NCBI GenBank assembly: GCA_038214375.1
Contig: JBBQRX010000007.1
Span: 15,717-79,716, forward strand
DNA: 64,000 nt
DNA from: Candidatus Limnocylindrales bacterium
GTDB taxonomy: Bacteria > Chloroflexota > Limnocylindria > Limnocylindrales > CSP1-4
Direction of reading: 5' to 3'
Positions 49,025 to 58,736 of this stretch are shown piece by piece; the stretch's first letter is position 1; each line of letters starts with the position of its first letter. A model generated the notes under the pieces. That model was given only the letters and a program-made list of their open reading frames with translations. It did not search any database and was not told the DNA's origin. The translations under genes and the position numbers were made by a program.

Positions 49025-49416
49025 GCAGGCCGGATCCCCGACCGGTCCCGCAGCGATCCTGGCTCGAGATCCGCTGGCGCCAGGCTCGAAATGCTCCCCC
49101 GCCCGTCTTTCGCGCCGTCCTCAGCAGCGTCGCAGTCGCAGCCGTGCTGGGCGGGCTCTATCTCGCGTACGACCTGGCGCTGGCCGGCGGAGCCCGCCTG
49201 CCGGGCGGAGACCTGCGGACCCTTGCAGGCGTCCTTTTCGTGGTCGCCGTAACGGCCCTGGGGGCGTGGATCACGTATCTGGTCGTTCCGCAGCCGGGGA
49301 GGCCGGGCGTTCGAAGCCGGTGGAGCGCGGCGCTCGGGTTCTTCGCCGCCCTGCCGATCGCCTACCTCGCCCTCGTCGTCCTGTTCCAGGTGATCAAGCC
49401 GCTGGTCCGCGGGTAG
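49021..49416 (+). CDS. hypothetical membrane protein
   Basis: GTG overlaps upstream stop (GTGA); three predicted TM helices. Confidence 0.5.
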   Translation: MSRPDPRPVPQRSWLEIRWRQARNAPPPVFRAVLSSVAVAAVLGGLYLAYDLALAGGARLPGGDLRTLAGVLFVVAVTALGAWITYLVVPQPGRPGVRSRWSAALGFFAALPIAYLALVVLFQVIKPLVRG

Positions 49417-49444
49417 CCCGCGGGCCGGTTCGGGACGACCCTAT

Positions 49445-49558
49445 CGGTGCGCGGTCGCACCGGCTTGTGCTGCCGACCCCGCAAATTGGTACTGGTACCT
49501 TCGGCGGTGCGTGCGGTACCCTCGTCCGGCATTCATCTCGCGGTGCGCGGCGGTATCG
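49445..49558. promoter_or_regulatory. cluster of palindromes / repeated GGTGCG(C/T)G motifs upstream of 49595 gene
   Basis: CGGTGCG-cggt-CGCACCG (49445-49462), GGTAC-tg-GTACC (49488-49499), CGGTGCGTGCGGTACC (49505-49520), CGGTGCGCGGCGGTATCG (49541-49558). Confidence 0.3.
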
Positions 49559-49594
49559 TCGGCCCCGCCCATCTGACACATTCAGGAATTTCAC

Positions 49595-49936
49595 GTGGCC
49601 GTCCAGCAAGATCCATACGTCGCGCTCCCATCCCTCTACGGCGCGCCGGCATACTCGCGTCCGCCGCGCCCGCCGGTCGAGATCGAGCGTCCGCTGAGCC
49701 CCGACGATCTCCCGCTCACCACCGAGCAGACCGACGAGGAGCGCCGGATCGCGGATGCGCTGCTCGCCTCGGGCAGGCTCCATGCGGTCGGTGCGGATGC
49801 CGGGTACCGGTTGCCGGGCGGCCGCGACCCGGGCTACCAGGTCGCCGGCGTCCACGCGAGCGGCCCCGTTTCCGGGCTCTTTCCGCGCCGCCTCAGCCTC
49901 CGCGTCCTCGCCGATCGGATCCGCACCCGCGGCTGA
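49595..49936 (+). CDS. hypothetical protein
   Basis: GTG start; Pro-rich, acidic; weak. Confidence 0.45.
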   Translation: MAVQQDPYVALPSLYGAPAYSRPPRPPVEIERPLSPDDLPLTTEQTDEERRIADALLASGRLHAVGADAGYRLPGGRDPGYQVAGVHASGPVSGLFPRRLSLRVLADRIRTRG

Positions 49937-50038
49937 CCCCGGGTCCGGCGGCGTCCCGCGGTCCCGGCATGACCCGCTGGCGCGCACTGCGCCCCGTTAT
50001 CTCGACATGCAGCCTCCTTCCCGTCATCATCCCCAGGG

Positions 50039-50440
50039 ATGAGCACGCCGACGATCCGGATCGGACAGGCCGCGGAGCTGCTCGGCGTGGGCGTGGAGAC
50101 GCTCCGGCGCTGGGAGCTCGAGGGCCGGCTCCTCACGACTCGCACCGAGGGGGGCCAGCGGCGGGTGCCGATCGCCGAGGTGACCCGGCTGCTGGCTGAG
50201 CGGCGCCGAACGACCCCCGACCGGCCGATCGTCGCCCAGTCGGCGCGCAATCGATTCGCGGGCATCGTGACCCGGATCGAGCGCGACGGCGTCGCCGCCG
50301 TGGTCGAGATCGTGGCCGGGCCGCACCGGCTCGTGAGCCTGATGACCGCCGAGGCGGTCGAGGAGCTCCGGCTCGCGGTCGGCGACGAGGCGATCGGCGT
50401 CGTGAAGGCCACGAACGTGATCGTCGAGGTGCCCCGCTGA
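50039..50440 (+). CDS. molybdenum-pterin-binding (TOBE) domain protein with N-terminal MerR/excisionase-type HTH (ModE-like regulator)
   Basis: IGQAAELLGVGVETLRRWELEGRL HTH; C-terminal TOBE (SARNRFAGIVTRIERDGVAAVVEIVAG); directly upstream of modAB. Confidence 0.8.
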   Translation: MSTPTIRIGQAAELLGVGVETLRRWELEGRLLTTRTEGGQRRVPIAEVTRLLAERRRTTPDRPIVAQSARNRFAGIVTRIERDGVAAVVEIVAGPHRLVSLMTAEAVEELRLAVGDEAIGVVKATNVIVEVPR

Positions 50441-50472
50441 GCCGGTTCGGGCCGGGCACCATCCGTCGCGGG

Positions 50473-51255
50473 GTGACAGGTGCGGGCGCCGTGTACGTGC
50501 TCGCCGCGCTCCTCGTTGCCGGCTGCGGGCATCCAACGGGCACGAAGACGCTCACCGTTCTCGCGGCAGCCTCGCTCCGCGACGCGTTCCGGGCCGCCGG
50601 GACGGCCTACACCGCGGCGCACCCGGACACGGCCGTGACATTCTCGTTCGACGCGTCCAGCGCGCTTCGTGCCCAGGTCGAGCAGGGAGCGCCCGCCGAC
50701 GTCTTTGCCAGCGCCGACACCACCAACCCCGAGCACCTGGTGCAGGCTGGCATGACGGTCGGCGCGGCCGTGCCGTTCGCGGGGAATCGTCTCGCGCTCA
50801 TCGTGCCGGCCGCGAACCCGGGCCGGATCACAACGCCCGCGGACCTGGCCCGCCCCGGCATCTCGCTGCTCACCGCGAGCCCGAGCGTGCCGATCGCTCG
50901 ATACACGCTGCAGGTCGTTGCGAACCTCGCCGGGGAGCCCGGAGCGCCGATCGGGTTCGCGGCCGCCGTCGAGCGGAACGTCGCCAGCCGCGAGGACAAC
51001 GCGGCCGCCGTGGTCGCGAAGGTCGGACTCGGCGAGGCAGATGCGGCGTTCGTGTACGCGACCGACGCCCGCGCCGCCGGGGCAGCGGTCCGCACGATCG
51101 CGTTCCCCGACCGCGACAACGTCACCGCGACATACGCCGCCGTGGTTGCCCGGCAGTCCCAGGATCCCGCCGCCGCGGCTGCATTCGTCGCGTGGCTGGC
51201 GGGGGCGGAAGGCCGGGCGATCCTGGGTCGTTTCGCGTTCGAGCCGCCGCCGTGA
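50473..51255 (+). CDS. modA: molybdate ABC transporter substrate-binding protein
   Basis: Lipoprotein signal (LLVAGCG); ModA-like (AASL..., SADTTNPEHL, VYATDA). Confidence 0.85.
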   Translation: MTGAGAVYVLAALLVAGCGHPTGTKTLTVLAAASLRDAFRAAGTAYTAAHPDTAVTFSFDASSALRAQVEQGAPADVFASADTTNPEHLVQAGMTVGAAVPFAGNRLALIVPAANPGRITTPADLARPGISLLTASPSVPIARYTLQVVANLAGEPGAPIGFAAAVERNVASREDNAAAVVAKVGLGEADAAFVYATDARAAGAAVRTIAFPDRDNVTATYAAVVARQSQDPAAAAAFVAWLAGAEGRAILGRFAFEPPP

Positions 51256-52088
51256 CGCTCTTTGAGGGGCTGCGGCAGCGCCGCGACCCGCTTCCGGGTG
51301 GCGCGCTCCCGAGCGTCGTGGCTGCCGGCTGGGTCCTGTTCCTCGGGCTCCCGATCGCCGCGCTGCTCCTCCGCGCAGCGGCCATCGGGCGCGTGGACGA
51401 CGCGTCGTCCGGCCGCGTGGTGCTCGATGCGCTCGTGCTGAGCCTGGTCACGACCGCCGCGAGCCTCGCGCTCGCCGTTGCCTTCGGGCTGCCCGTCGCG
51501 TGGCTGCTCGCGCGCCGGCCGCCCCGCGGCGCGGTGCTCCTCGAGACCCTGATCGACCTGCCGATCGTGCTGCCGCCTTCGGTCGCCGGCCTGGCGTTGC
51601 TGCTCGTGTTCGGGCGGCAGGGCGTCCTCGGCGGGCCGCTAGCGGCTGCCGGCCTGAGCGTGCCGTTCACCACCATGGCGGTGATCGTCGCCCAGACGTT
51701 CGTGGCAGCGCCGTTCTTCATCCGCTCCGCTCGCGCCGGCCTTCGCAGCGTTCACCGGGACCTGGAGGACGCCGCTCGGGTCGACGGCGCCGGGGAGATG
51801 GCCGTCGCGATGTCCGTGACGCTGCCGCTGGCGGCACCCGCGCTTGCGGCCGGGCTCGTGATGGCCTGGGCACGGGCGCTCGGAGAGTTCGGGGCGACGA
51901 TCATGTTCGCCGGCAACCTCGAGGGCCGGACCCAGACGTTGCCGCTCCTGGTCTACTCGGAGTTCCAGGCGAGCTCGGACGCGGCGGTCGTGGCGGCATC
52001 GATCCTGGTCGTGGCCGCCCTCGGCGTCCTCCTGGGCGTGCGTCTCGCACGGCGCGGCAGCGTCACGGATCTCGGCGCGGCGGGCTGA
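51252..52088 (+). CDS. modB: molybdate ABC transporter permease
   Basis: GTG overlaps modA stop; EAA-loop VDGAGEMAVAMSVTLPLAAPALAAGLVMAWARALGEFGATIMFAG. Confidence 0.9.
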   Translation: MTLFEGLRQRRDPLPGGALPSVVAAGWVLFLGLPIAALLLRAAAIGRVDDASSGRVVLDALVLSLVTTAASLALAVAFGLPVAWLLARRPPRGAVLLETLIDLPIVLPPSVAGLALLLVFGRQGVLGGPLAAAGLSVPFTTMAVIVAQTFVAAPFFIRSARAGLRSVHRDLEDAARVDGAGEMAVAMSVTLPLAAPALAAGLVMAWARALGEFGATIMFAGNLEGRTQTLPLLVYSEFQASSDAAVVAASILVVAALGVLLGVRLARRGSVTDLGAAG

Positions 52089-52143
52089 GGCGCGAATGCA
52101 TGGCCCATCCCGGCGAGGGCGGTGTACGCTCGTCCCGCCCGAT

Positions 52144-52219
52144 GGGGGAGTAGCTCAACGGTCAGAGCACCCGCCTTATACGCGGTTCGTTGGAGGTTCG
52201 AATCCTCCCTCCCCTACCA
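52144..52219 (+). tRNA. tRNA, anticodon UAU by manual fold (putative tRNA-Ile decoding AUA); CCA encoded
   Basis: Manual cloverleaf: acceptor GGGGGAG/CTCCCCT (G1-U72 wobble), D-arm GCTC-AACGGTCA-GAGC, anticodon arm CCCGC-CTTATAC-GCGGT (27-43 mismatch), V-loop TCGTT, T-arm GGAGG-TTCGAAT-CCTCC, discriminator A, CCA. Confidence 0.8.
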
Positions 52220-52297
52220 GCCGCCGCCGGTCTCGGCACCCGGTGGCCCGACGCGCGACTCCCGACGGGACGCGAAGACGCACGTCCCGAGCGGACG

Positions 52298-54664
52298 TCA
52301 GGAGAGCGAAGGGGCGGAGACCCGGCGCGGCCGTGGCCCCGGCGCCGCGCGGACGGTCGAAAAGCGACGCAGGCGGAGCGCATTCGAGACAACCGTCACG
52401 GATGACAGCGCCATCGATGCCGCCGCGAAGATCGGGTCGAGCAGGAGCCCGGTGAACGGGTACAGCACACCCATCGCGATCGGGATCAGCAGGACGTTGT
52501 AGGCGAACGCCCAGAACAGGTTCTGGCGGATGTTGCGCATCGTCGCCCGCGAGAGCGAGATCGCCGTGACGAGGCCGCGCAGGTCGCCCGACATGAGGGT
52601 GACGCCGGCCGACTCCATGGCGACGTCGGTTCCCGTGCCCATCGCGATCCCGACGTCGGCGGACGCCAGGGCCGGGGCGTCGTTGACGCCGTCGCCGACC
52701 ATTGCGACGACGGTACCCTCGGCCTGCAGCGCCTTCACGGCGGCGGCCTTGCCGTCGGGCCGGACGTCCGCGAGCACGCGGTCGATGCCAGCCGAGCGGG
52801 CAATCGCCTCGGCGGTCCTTCGGTTATCGCCGGTCAGCATCGTCACGACGATCCCGAGCCGCCGCAGCTCGGCCATCGCCTCGACGGACCCGGCCTTGAG
52901 CGTGTCGGCGATGGCGATGACGGCTGCTGCCCGCCCATCGATCGCGGCGAAGACCGGGGTCTTGCCGTCGGCCGCGAGCGCGTCCGCGCTCGCGACGAGC
53001 GCCGAGACGTCGATCCCTTCGGCCTCGAGGTATCCCGGGCGACCGACGACGACGCGGCGTCCGCCGACCATGGCCGCGACGCCGCCGCCCGCGGTGGCCA
53101 GGAAGCCGGTGGCCGCGGGCACGTCGAGGGCCCGGGTCGTGGTGGCCTCGCGCACGATGGCGTCGGCGAGGGGATGCTCGGACCCGCGCTCAGCGGCCGC
53201 CACGAAAGCAAGAAGCTCATTCTCGACCGGCGCGCCAGGTGCGCGGACCACATCGGTCACCCGCGGCTTCCCCTCGGTCAGCGTGCCCGTCTTGTCGAGG
53301 ACGATGGCCTTGACCGAGCCGAGGCGCTCGAGCGCCTCGGCGTTGCGGAACAGGATGCCGGCCTCGGCGCCCTTGCCCGTCCCGACCATGATCGAGGTCG
53401 GAGTGGCCAGGCCGAGCGCGCAGGGGCAGGCGATGATCAGGACCGCGACGGTGTTGAGCAGCGCGAGGTTGAACGCGGGCGCAGGGCCGAACGCGAACCA
53501 GGCAACGAACGTGAGCGCTGCAAGGCCGAGCACCGCGGGCACGAAGTAGCTCGTGACGAGATCCGCGAGACGCTGTATCGGTGCCCGGGAGCCCTGCGCC
53601 TCGGAGACGAGCCGGATGATCCGCGCGAGCACGGTGTCCGCGCCCACGCGCGTGGCGCGGAAGGTGAGGGTGCCCGTGGTGTTGAGGGTGGCGCCGACCA
53701 CGAGATCGTCGGCACGCTTGGCGACGGGCAGGCTCTCGCCCGTGATCATGCTCTCGTCCACGCCCGAGACGCCGTCGGTCACGACGCCGTCGACGGCGAT
53801 GGTCTCGCCCGGGCGAACCCGCACGATGTCGCCGACACGAACGTCGCTGATCGCGACGTCGAGCTCCGCGCCGTCCCTGAGGACGCGCGCCGTCCGGGGC
53901 GCGAGGCCGATCAGGCGCCGGATGGCGTCCGACGTGTGGCTGCGGGCGCGCGCTTCGAGGAACCGGCCGAGCAGGATCAGCGTGATGATCGCTGCCGCAG
54001 TGTCGAAGTAGAGCGGCAGGGCGGCGTCGTCCATGCCGAGCCCCGCAGCGCGGAAGAACGAAGGGACCAGGATCGTGGCCACGCTGTAGCCGTACGCGGC
54101 CGTCGTGCCCACGGCAATCAGCGTGTTCATGTCCGTCGCGCGGTGCCGGAGGGCCTTGATGGCGCCCGTGTAGAAGGGCCATCCCGCCCAGAACTGCACA
54201 GGCGTCGCGAAGGCGAGCTGGAAGAGCGGGTCCGACAGCAAGGCCGGCAGCCACGGCGCGACCGTCATCCGCGCGAGGCCGCCGAGCAGCGGAAGCGTCA
54301 GCACGGCCGCGATGAGGAGGCGGCGGCGCAGGGCGGCAACATGTCGGGCGGTTGCCTCGTCACGCTCCGTGCGCGCCTCTGCGGCCTCGGCGACGTCGAT
54401 CTCGTGGTCGGCCGATGCCGCCTGCTCCACCCGCGCGACGTAGCCCGCGGCATCGACCGCCGCGACGAGGTCCGCCACGGTCACCGACGCGGGGTCGTAC
54501 CGGATGGTGGCGGACTCAGACGCGAGGTTGACGTTCGCCTCGGCGACGCCCTCGACCTTGTTGAGGAAGCGCGTGATCCGGTTGACGCAGGAGGCACAGG
54601 TCATCCCCTCGACAGGGAACGAGACGACCTCGATGTGGGTGGCGGCGACGGTGGTCATGGTCAT
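52298..54664 (-). CDS. copA: copper-translocating P-type ATPase (P1B-1, CPC motif) with N-terminal HMA domain
   Basis: GMTCASC HMA, TGES, CPC ([13 protein letters not shown]), [17 protein letters not shown]. Confidence 0.9.
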   Translation of the reverse strand: MTMTTVAATHIEVVSFPVEGMTCASCVNRITRFLNKVEGVAEANVNLASESATIRYDPASVTVADLVAAVDAAGYVARVEQAASADHEIDVAEAAEARTERDEATARHVAALRRRLLIAAVLTLPLLGGLARMTVAPWLPALLSDPLFQLAFATPVQFWAGWPFYTGAIKALRHRATDMNTLIAVGTTAAYGYSVATILVPSFFRAAGLGMDDAALPLYFDTAAAIITLILLGRFLEARARSHTSDAIRRLIGLAPRTARVLRDGAELDVAISDVRVGDIVRVRPGETIAVDGVVTDGVSGVDESMITGESLPVAKRADDLVVGATLNTTGTLTFRATRVGADTVLARIIRLVSEAQGSRAPIQRLADLVTSYFVPAVLGLAALTFVAWFAFGPAPAFNLALLNTVAVLIIACPCALGLATPTSIMVGTGKGAEAGILFRNAEALERLGSVKAIVLDKTGTLTEGKPRVTDVVRAPGAPVENELLAFVAAAERGSEHPLADAIVREATTTRALDVPAATGFLATAGGGVAAMVGGRRVVVGRPGYLEAEGIDVSALVASADALAADGKTPVFAAIDGRAAAVIAIADTLKAGSVEAMAELRRLGIVVTMLTGDNRRTAEAIARSAGIDRVLADVRPDGKAAAVKALQAEGTVVAMVGDGVNDAPALASADVGIAMGTGTDVAMESAGVTLMSGDLRGLVTAISLSRATMRNIRQNLFWAFAYNVLLIPIAMGVLYPFTGLLLDPIFAAASMALSSVTVVSNALRLRRFSTVRAAPGPRPRRVSAPSLS

Positions 54665-54733
54665 CTCCGGGTGCTCGGCCCAAGGGCCGCGAGTCTGGAC
54701 GTGGGAACGACGACAGCGCGATCGGGCATGCGC

Positions 54734-56362
54734 TCAGCCGCCGGTTCCGGTCCTGCCGGTCGGTGCTGCGGGTCGGTCGACGACCGTGATGGAGCCGCCG
54801 TACATCCCCATCGCACACGAGTAGTTGATCACCCCGGCGTTCAACGGGGGCAGGTCGATGGTGTTGGCACCCTTGTGGAGTCGCCGCACCGTCATGCCGA
54901 GACCCGGCACCACCAGGCTCGCCGCGCACGAGGCGGTGCTGCTCGACTGGATCGTCCAGCGCGTTGGGACTCCGGCATAGATGGACACGTTCCCGGGCCT
55001 GTAGCCGCCCACGTCCTGGTACGTCGTCAGCGTCTGGATGCCGTCGGCGATGCTCCCGGACGGAGGGGCCGCCGCGGCGACCGGCGAGACACCGATCGGG
55101 AGGCTGAAGCCCGAGAGACGAAGGCCGGCCGACCCATTCACGATCGCGAAGCCGACCACCACGACGCCCACGAGGCGCATCAGCGTCGGCCGCCATGCGC
55201 TCGGGACCACCACCGGGAGCCCGGCGAGAGCCAGGAGGCCAGGGGCAGTGCCAAGCGCGAAGACGGCAAGGGTGGCGCCGGCGAGCCATGGCGAGCCGGT
55301 CGAGAGGGCGTAGATCTGGACGGCCTGGGTGAAGCCGCAAGGCAGGAAGAACGACGCCGCGCCGAGCCCGGCCGCGCGCGCATCCGAGTAGCTCCCGACC
55401 GCGCCATCCGTGAGGCCGAGGCGGCGTCCGAGTCCCATCGGCAGGGTCGGCGACCAGGTGGCGATCCGGGGCGACAGCCCGGTCAGCCGGGTCCCGAGGA
55501 CCGTCATCACGAGCGCCACGCCGATCATCAGCACGGCCGTGACCTGCGGCGGCATCGTGACGCTGGCCCCGAGGGCACCGAGCGCTGCCCCCAGCACGCC
55601 ATAGCCCGCGATCCGGCCGGCGATGAAGACGAGCGCGGGGCGCATCCTCGCGGCGATCGGCACGTCGCCGGCGCCGGACGCAACCCTGCCGCTCTCGAAC
55701 GCGGCGGACAGGGCGAGCACGAGCCCGCCCACGAGCGCGGCGCACGTGGAGACTCCCGCAGCAAGGCCCAGCAGCAGGGCGATGAGGATCCCTCCCTGGC
55801 TCACGTCGCCGACGCCCGAGGCAAGGTCCGCGAGGCCGGTCACCGACGCGAGCACCGCGAGCCCGCCAACGAGGACGATGCCTGCGATCGCGGTCATCCA
55901 GACGTCGGGGTCGGGCGTGATCCACGGCGTGCGTCCGATCTCGTAGCCGGCGGCACGGACGGCTTTCGTGACTGCCGCCGACGGGATCGGTGCCGAGCTC
56001 GTGATCTCAACACGTCCGTGGACCGCCGAGGCTCGCACCTGCTCGACGTTGGGGATCCTGCCGACGTGGCGCGCGATTCGGTTCTCGCACGACCGGCAGG
56101 TCATCCCCGCCACGTGGACGATGGTGGTCGTGATGACGCCGCCCGATGTCGGCCCCGTGATCGGCGTGTCCCCGTTGGCTGCGCTCCGATCCCGGGCCCG
56201 CTCTGCCAGCAGGCTGTCGACCTCGAGGCTGAAGAGCAGGTCGCGCTCCCTGGCACCGCTCGCGATCGGCTCGGGGGCAGGGGCGGAATGCGCAGGTGCC
56301 GGCGCCGGATGCGCAGGCCGTCGCTGGGCGTTCGCTGTGGTCCTGGGGTGGCTGCGGGACAT
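54734..56362 (-). CDS. three-domain membrane protein: cytoplasmic HMA domain, TauE/SafE-like polytopic permease region, C-terminal cupredoxin-like Cys/Met domain
   Basis: GMTCRSC HMA; about 8 TM helices (GVSTCAAL); C-terminal soluble domain with SCAASLVVPGLG and YSCAMGMYGG; ATG 56362 chosen (alternative GTG 56419). Confidence 0.7.
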   Translation of the reverse strand: MSRSHPRTTANAQRRPAHPAPAPAHSAPAPEPIASGARERDLLFSLEVDSLLAERARDRSAANGDTPITGPTSGGVITTTIVHVAGMTCRSCENRIARHVGRIPNVEQVRASAVHGRVEITSSAPIPSAAVTKAVRAAGYEIGRTPWITPDPDVWMTAIAGIVLVGGLAVLASVTGLADLASGVGDVSQGGILIALLLGLAAGVSTCAALVGGLVLALSAAFESGRVASGAGDVPIAARMRPALVFIAGRIAGYGVLGAALGALGASVTMPPQVTAVLMIGVALVMTVLGTRLTGLSPRIATWSPTLPMGLGRRLGLTDGAVGSYSDARAAGLGAASFFLPCGFTQAVQIYALSTGSPWLAGATLAVFALGTAPGLLALAGLPVVVPSAWRPTLMRLVGVVVVGFAIVNGSAGLRLSGFSLPIGVSPVAAAAPPSGSIADGIQTLTTYQDVGGYRPGNVSIYAGVPTRWTIQSSSTASCAASLVVPGLGMTVRRLHKGANTIDLPPLNAGVINYSCAMGMYGGSITVVDRPAAPTGRTGTGG

Positions 56363-56513
56363 CGGGACGCATGCTCCTTCGGAAAGCCGACTGACCGGAT
56401 CAGCGTGGAGGAGATGCACCGGCAGGCCAATGCAGCAGGGCGCAAGCCTTCCTCAAGTTCCGGTCAAGCGGCGCACCGGTGCCACCCGGGCCGGCGATCG
56501 TTGGGACCGCGGT

Positions 56514-58646
56514 TCACGACCGCTGGAACGGATCGCGGACGAGCGAGGGTTCTGCGCGCAGCACGAGCCGCCGGAGGAGCTGGGCGTTGGCGGCCACGAT
56601 GATCGTGGAGAGGCTCATCGCGATCGCGCCGACGGCCATCGGCAGGTCGATGCCCCAGGGCACGAGGACGCCAGCCGCAACCGGGATCGCCACCAGGTTG
56701 TAGGCCGTCGCCCAGACCAGGTTCTGGATCATCTTCGTGTAGGTCGCGCGGGACAGCTCGATGGCGCCGACCACGTCGCGCGGGTCGCTGCGGACCAGCA
56801 CGATCCCGGCCGATTCGACGGCCACGTCGGTCCCGGCGCCGATCGCGATCCCCACGTCGGCGGTCGCGAGGGCTGGGGCATCGTTCACGCCGTCACCGAC
56901 CATGGCGACTTTCCGCCCTCCCTCCTGGAAGCGGCGGACGGCGTCGGCCTTGTCCTGCGGCAGGACCTGCGCGGCAACCTCGTCGATCCCGAGCTGGCGG
57001 GCGACGGAGTCCGCGACCGCCTGGGCGTCGCCCGTGATCATCGCGACCTTGATGCCCATCGCATGGAGGCGCTCGATCGCCTCGGCCGACTCCGGCCGGA
57101 TCTCGTCCTCGATCGCGAGCGCACCGATGACCGCGCCGTCGGCCACCACGTGGAGCACCGTCCGGCCTTCGTGCGCCCATGCGTCGCTTGCCGGGTCCGC
57201 CTGGAGGCCGAGGTCGGCGAGCAGGCGCGGCCCGCCGACGGCGACCGATCGCCCCTCGACGGTCGCCCGCGCCCCGCGGCCGGCGAGGGCTTCGAAGGCG
57301 GTCGCGGCGGGGACCTCGACGGTGCGCTGCGCCGCTGCCCCGACGATGGCCCGGGCGAGGGGATGCTCGGAATCCGCCTCGACCGACGCCGCGAGGCGCA
57401 ACACGTCTGCTTCGTCCGTCCCGACCGCCGCGGAGACTGCCGTGAGCGCGGGACGCCCCATCGTGAGCGTCCCGGTCTTGTCGAAGATGACCACGTCGAG
57501 CTCGCGCGCCCGCTCGAGCGCGGTCCGGCTTTTCACGAGGAGGCCGTTCCGCGCGCCGAGCGAGGTCGAGATGGCGATCACGAGCGGGATCGCGAGGCCG
57601 AGGGCGTGTGGGCAGGCGATGACGAGGACCGTCGCCGTACGGACAAGCGCGCCCTCGGGGTCGCCGCGGAGCCACCAGAACGCGAGCGTCAGCCCGCCCG
57701 CAGCGAGGGCAACGTAGAAGAGAATCGCGGCGGCGCGATCGGCGAGCGCCTGCGCCCGCGAGGCGGATGCCTGCGCGGCGGCGACCATCCGCATGATCCC
57801 GGAGAGCGCGGTCGCTTCACCGACGGCCGAAACGCGCACCCGGAGGCTGCCGCCGGCCGCCACGGTGCCCGCGACCACGCGGTCGCCGAGCTCCTTGCCG
57901 ACGGCCTGCGATTCACCGGTGATCATCGATTCGTTGACGTCAGCAGTCCCTTCATCGACGATCCCGTCGGCGGGAATCCGGGCCCCCGGCCGGACGAGGA
58001 CCACGTCGCCGACCGCGAGATCGCCGAGGGCGACGGTCTCGGTGCCCTGCGGCGTGACACGCTCGGCGGTATCGGGCAGGAGCTCGGCGAGCGCCGCCAG
58101 GGCGCCGCGCGCCTGGGCGATCGAGCGCATCTCCAGCCAGTGGCCGAGCAGCATGATCGTGATGAGCGTGGCCAGCTCCCACCAGATCTCGACCTCGAAC
58201 AGTCCCAGCGTCCCGGACCAGCTGGTGCCGAACGCGACCACGATCGCGAGCGAGATGAGGGTCATCATCCCGGGCTGCCGGGCCCGGAGCTCGCCGGCGG
58301 CCCCGCGCAGGAAGACGAAGCCGCCGTAGAGGAAGACCACGGTCCCGAGCACGGCCGGGATCCAGTCGGAGCCGGGGAAGCGCGGCGCCGCGTACCCGAG
58401 CCACGCCTGCGGGTCGCGGCTCCAGACCAGGACCGGGATCGTCAGCGCGAGGCTCAGCCAGAACTTGTCGCGGAACATGGCGACCGAGTGACCGGCGTGC
58501 TTGTCGTGGGCCGCGGAATCCCCGCCGTGACCGCTCCCGTGGGCAGCGGTCTGCATCCCCTCCATCTCCACGTGGTCATGCGGGTCGCGACCTGTGCCCG
58601 CGGGCAGCCCGTGTTCGGGCGGCATCTCGTGGTCAGCGTGCATCGG
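56514..58646 (-). CDS. heavy-metal P-type ATPase, CopB-like (P1B-3, CPH motif) with His-rich N-terminal metal-binding tail
   Basis: N-terminus HADHEMPPEHG...HDHVEMEGM...HGSGHGGDSAAHDKHAGH; TGES, CPH (VIACPHALGLAIP), [13 protein letters not shown]. Confidence 0.9.
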   Translation of the reverse strand, partial: PMHADHEMPPEHGLPAGTGRDPHDHVEMEGMQTAAHGSGHGGDSAAHDKHAGHSVAMFRDKFWLSLALTIPVLVWSRDPQAWLGYAAPRFPGSDWIPAVLGTVVFLYGGFVFLRGAAGELRARQPGMMTLISLAIVVAFGTSWSGTLGLFEVEIWWELATLITIMLLGHWLEMRSIAQARGALAALAELLPDTAERVTPQGTETVALGDLAVGDVVLVRPGARIPADGIVDEGTADVNESMITGESQAVGKELGDRVVAGTVAAGGSLRVRVSAVGEATALSGIMRMVAAAQASASRAQALADRAAAILFYVALAAGGLTLAFWWLRGDPEGALVRTATVLVIACPHALGLAIPLVIAISTSLGARNGLLVKSRTALERARELDVVIFDKTGTLTMGRPALTAVSAAVGTDEADVLRLAASVEADSEHPLARAIVGAAAQRTVEVPAATAFEALAGRGARATVEGRSVAVGGPRLLADLGLQADPASDAWAHEGRTVLHVVADGAVIGALAIEDEIRPESAEAIERLHAMGIKVAMITGDAQAVADSVARQLGIDEVAAQVLPQDKADAVRRFQEGGRKVAMVGDGVNDAPALATADVGIAIGAGTDVAVESAGIVLVRSDPRDVVGAIELSRATYTKMIQNLVWATAYNLVAIPVAAGVLVPWGIDLPMAVGAIAMSLSTIIVAANAQLLRRLVLRAEPSLVRDPFQRS

Positions 58647-58736
58647 GTAGGTGACCCCCGCTGGGTGGGCGGATGACGACGGGCAGCTCACGATAGAACG
58701 TGGAACCCTGGCCCGCTCTCGGGACTCGTGCGTTCC

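Noticed and set aside
49937-50038. ModE operator upstream of the modE-like gene (CGTTATCTCGACATGCAG)
   Set aside because: Only a weak partial resemblance to the E. coli ModE consensus (CGTTATATA...TAYAT); not enough to call
53174-58676. Two very long plus-strand ORFs (1142 aa and 902 aa) over the P-type ATPase genes
   Set aside because: Antisense to copA/copB-like genes that carry complete P1B signatures; composition is non-protein-like
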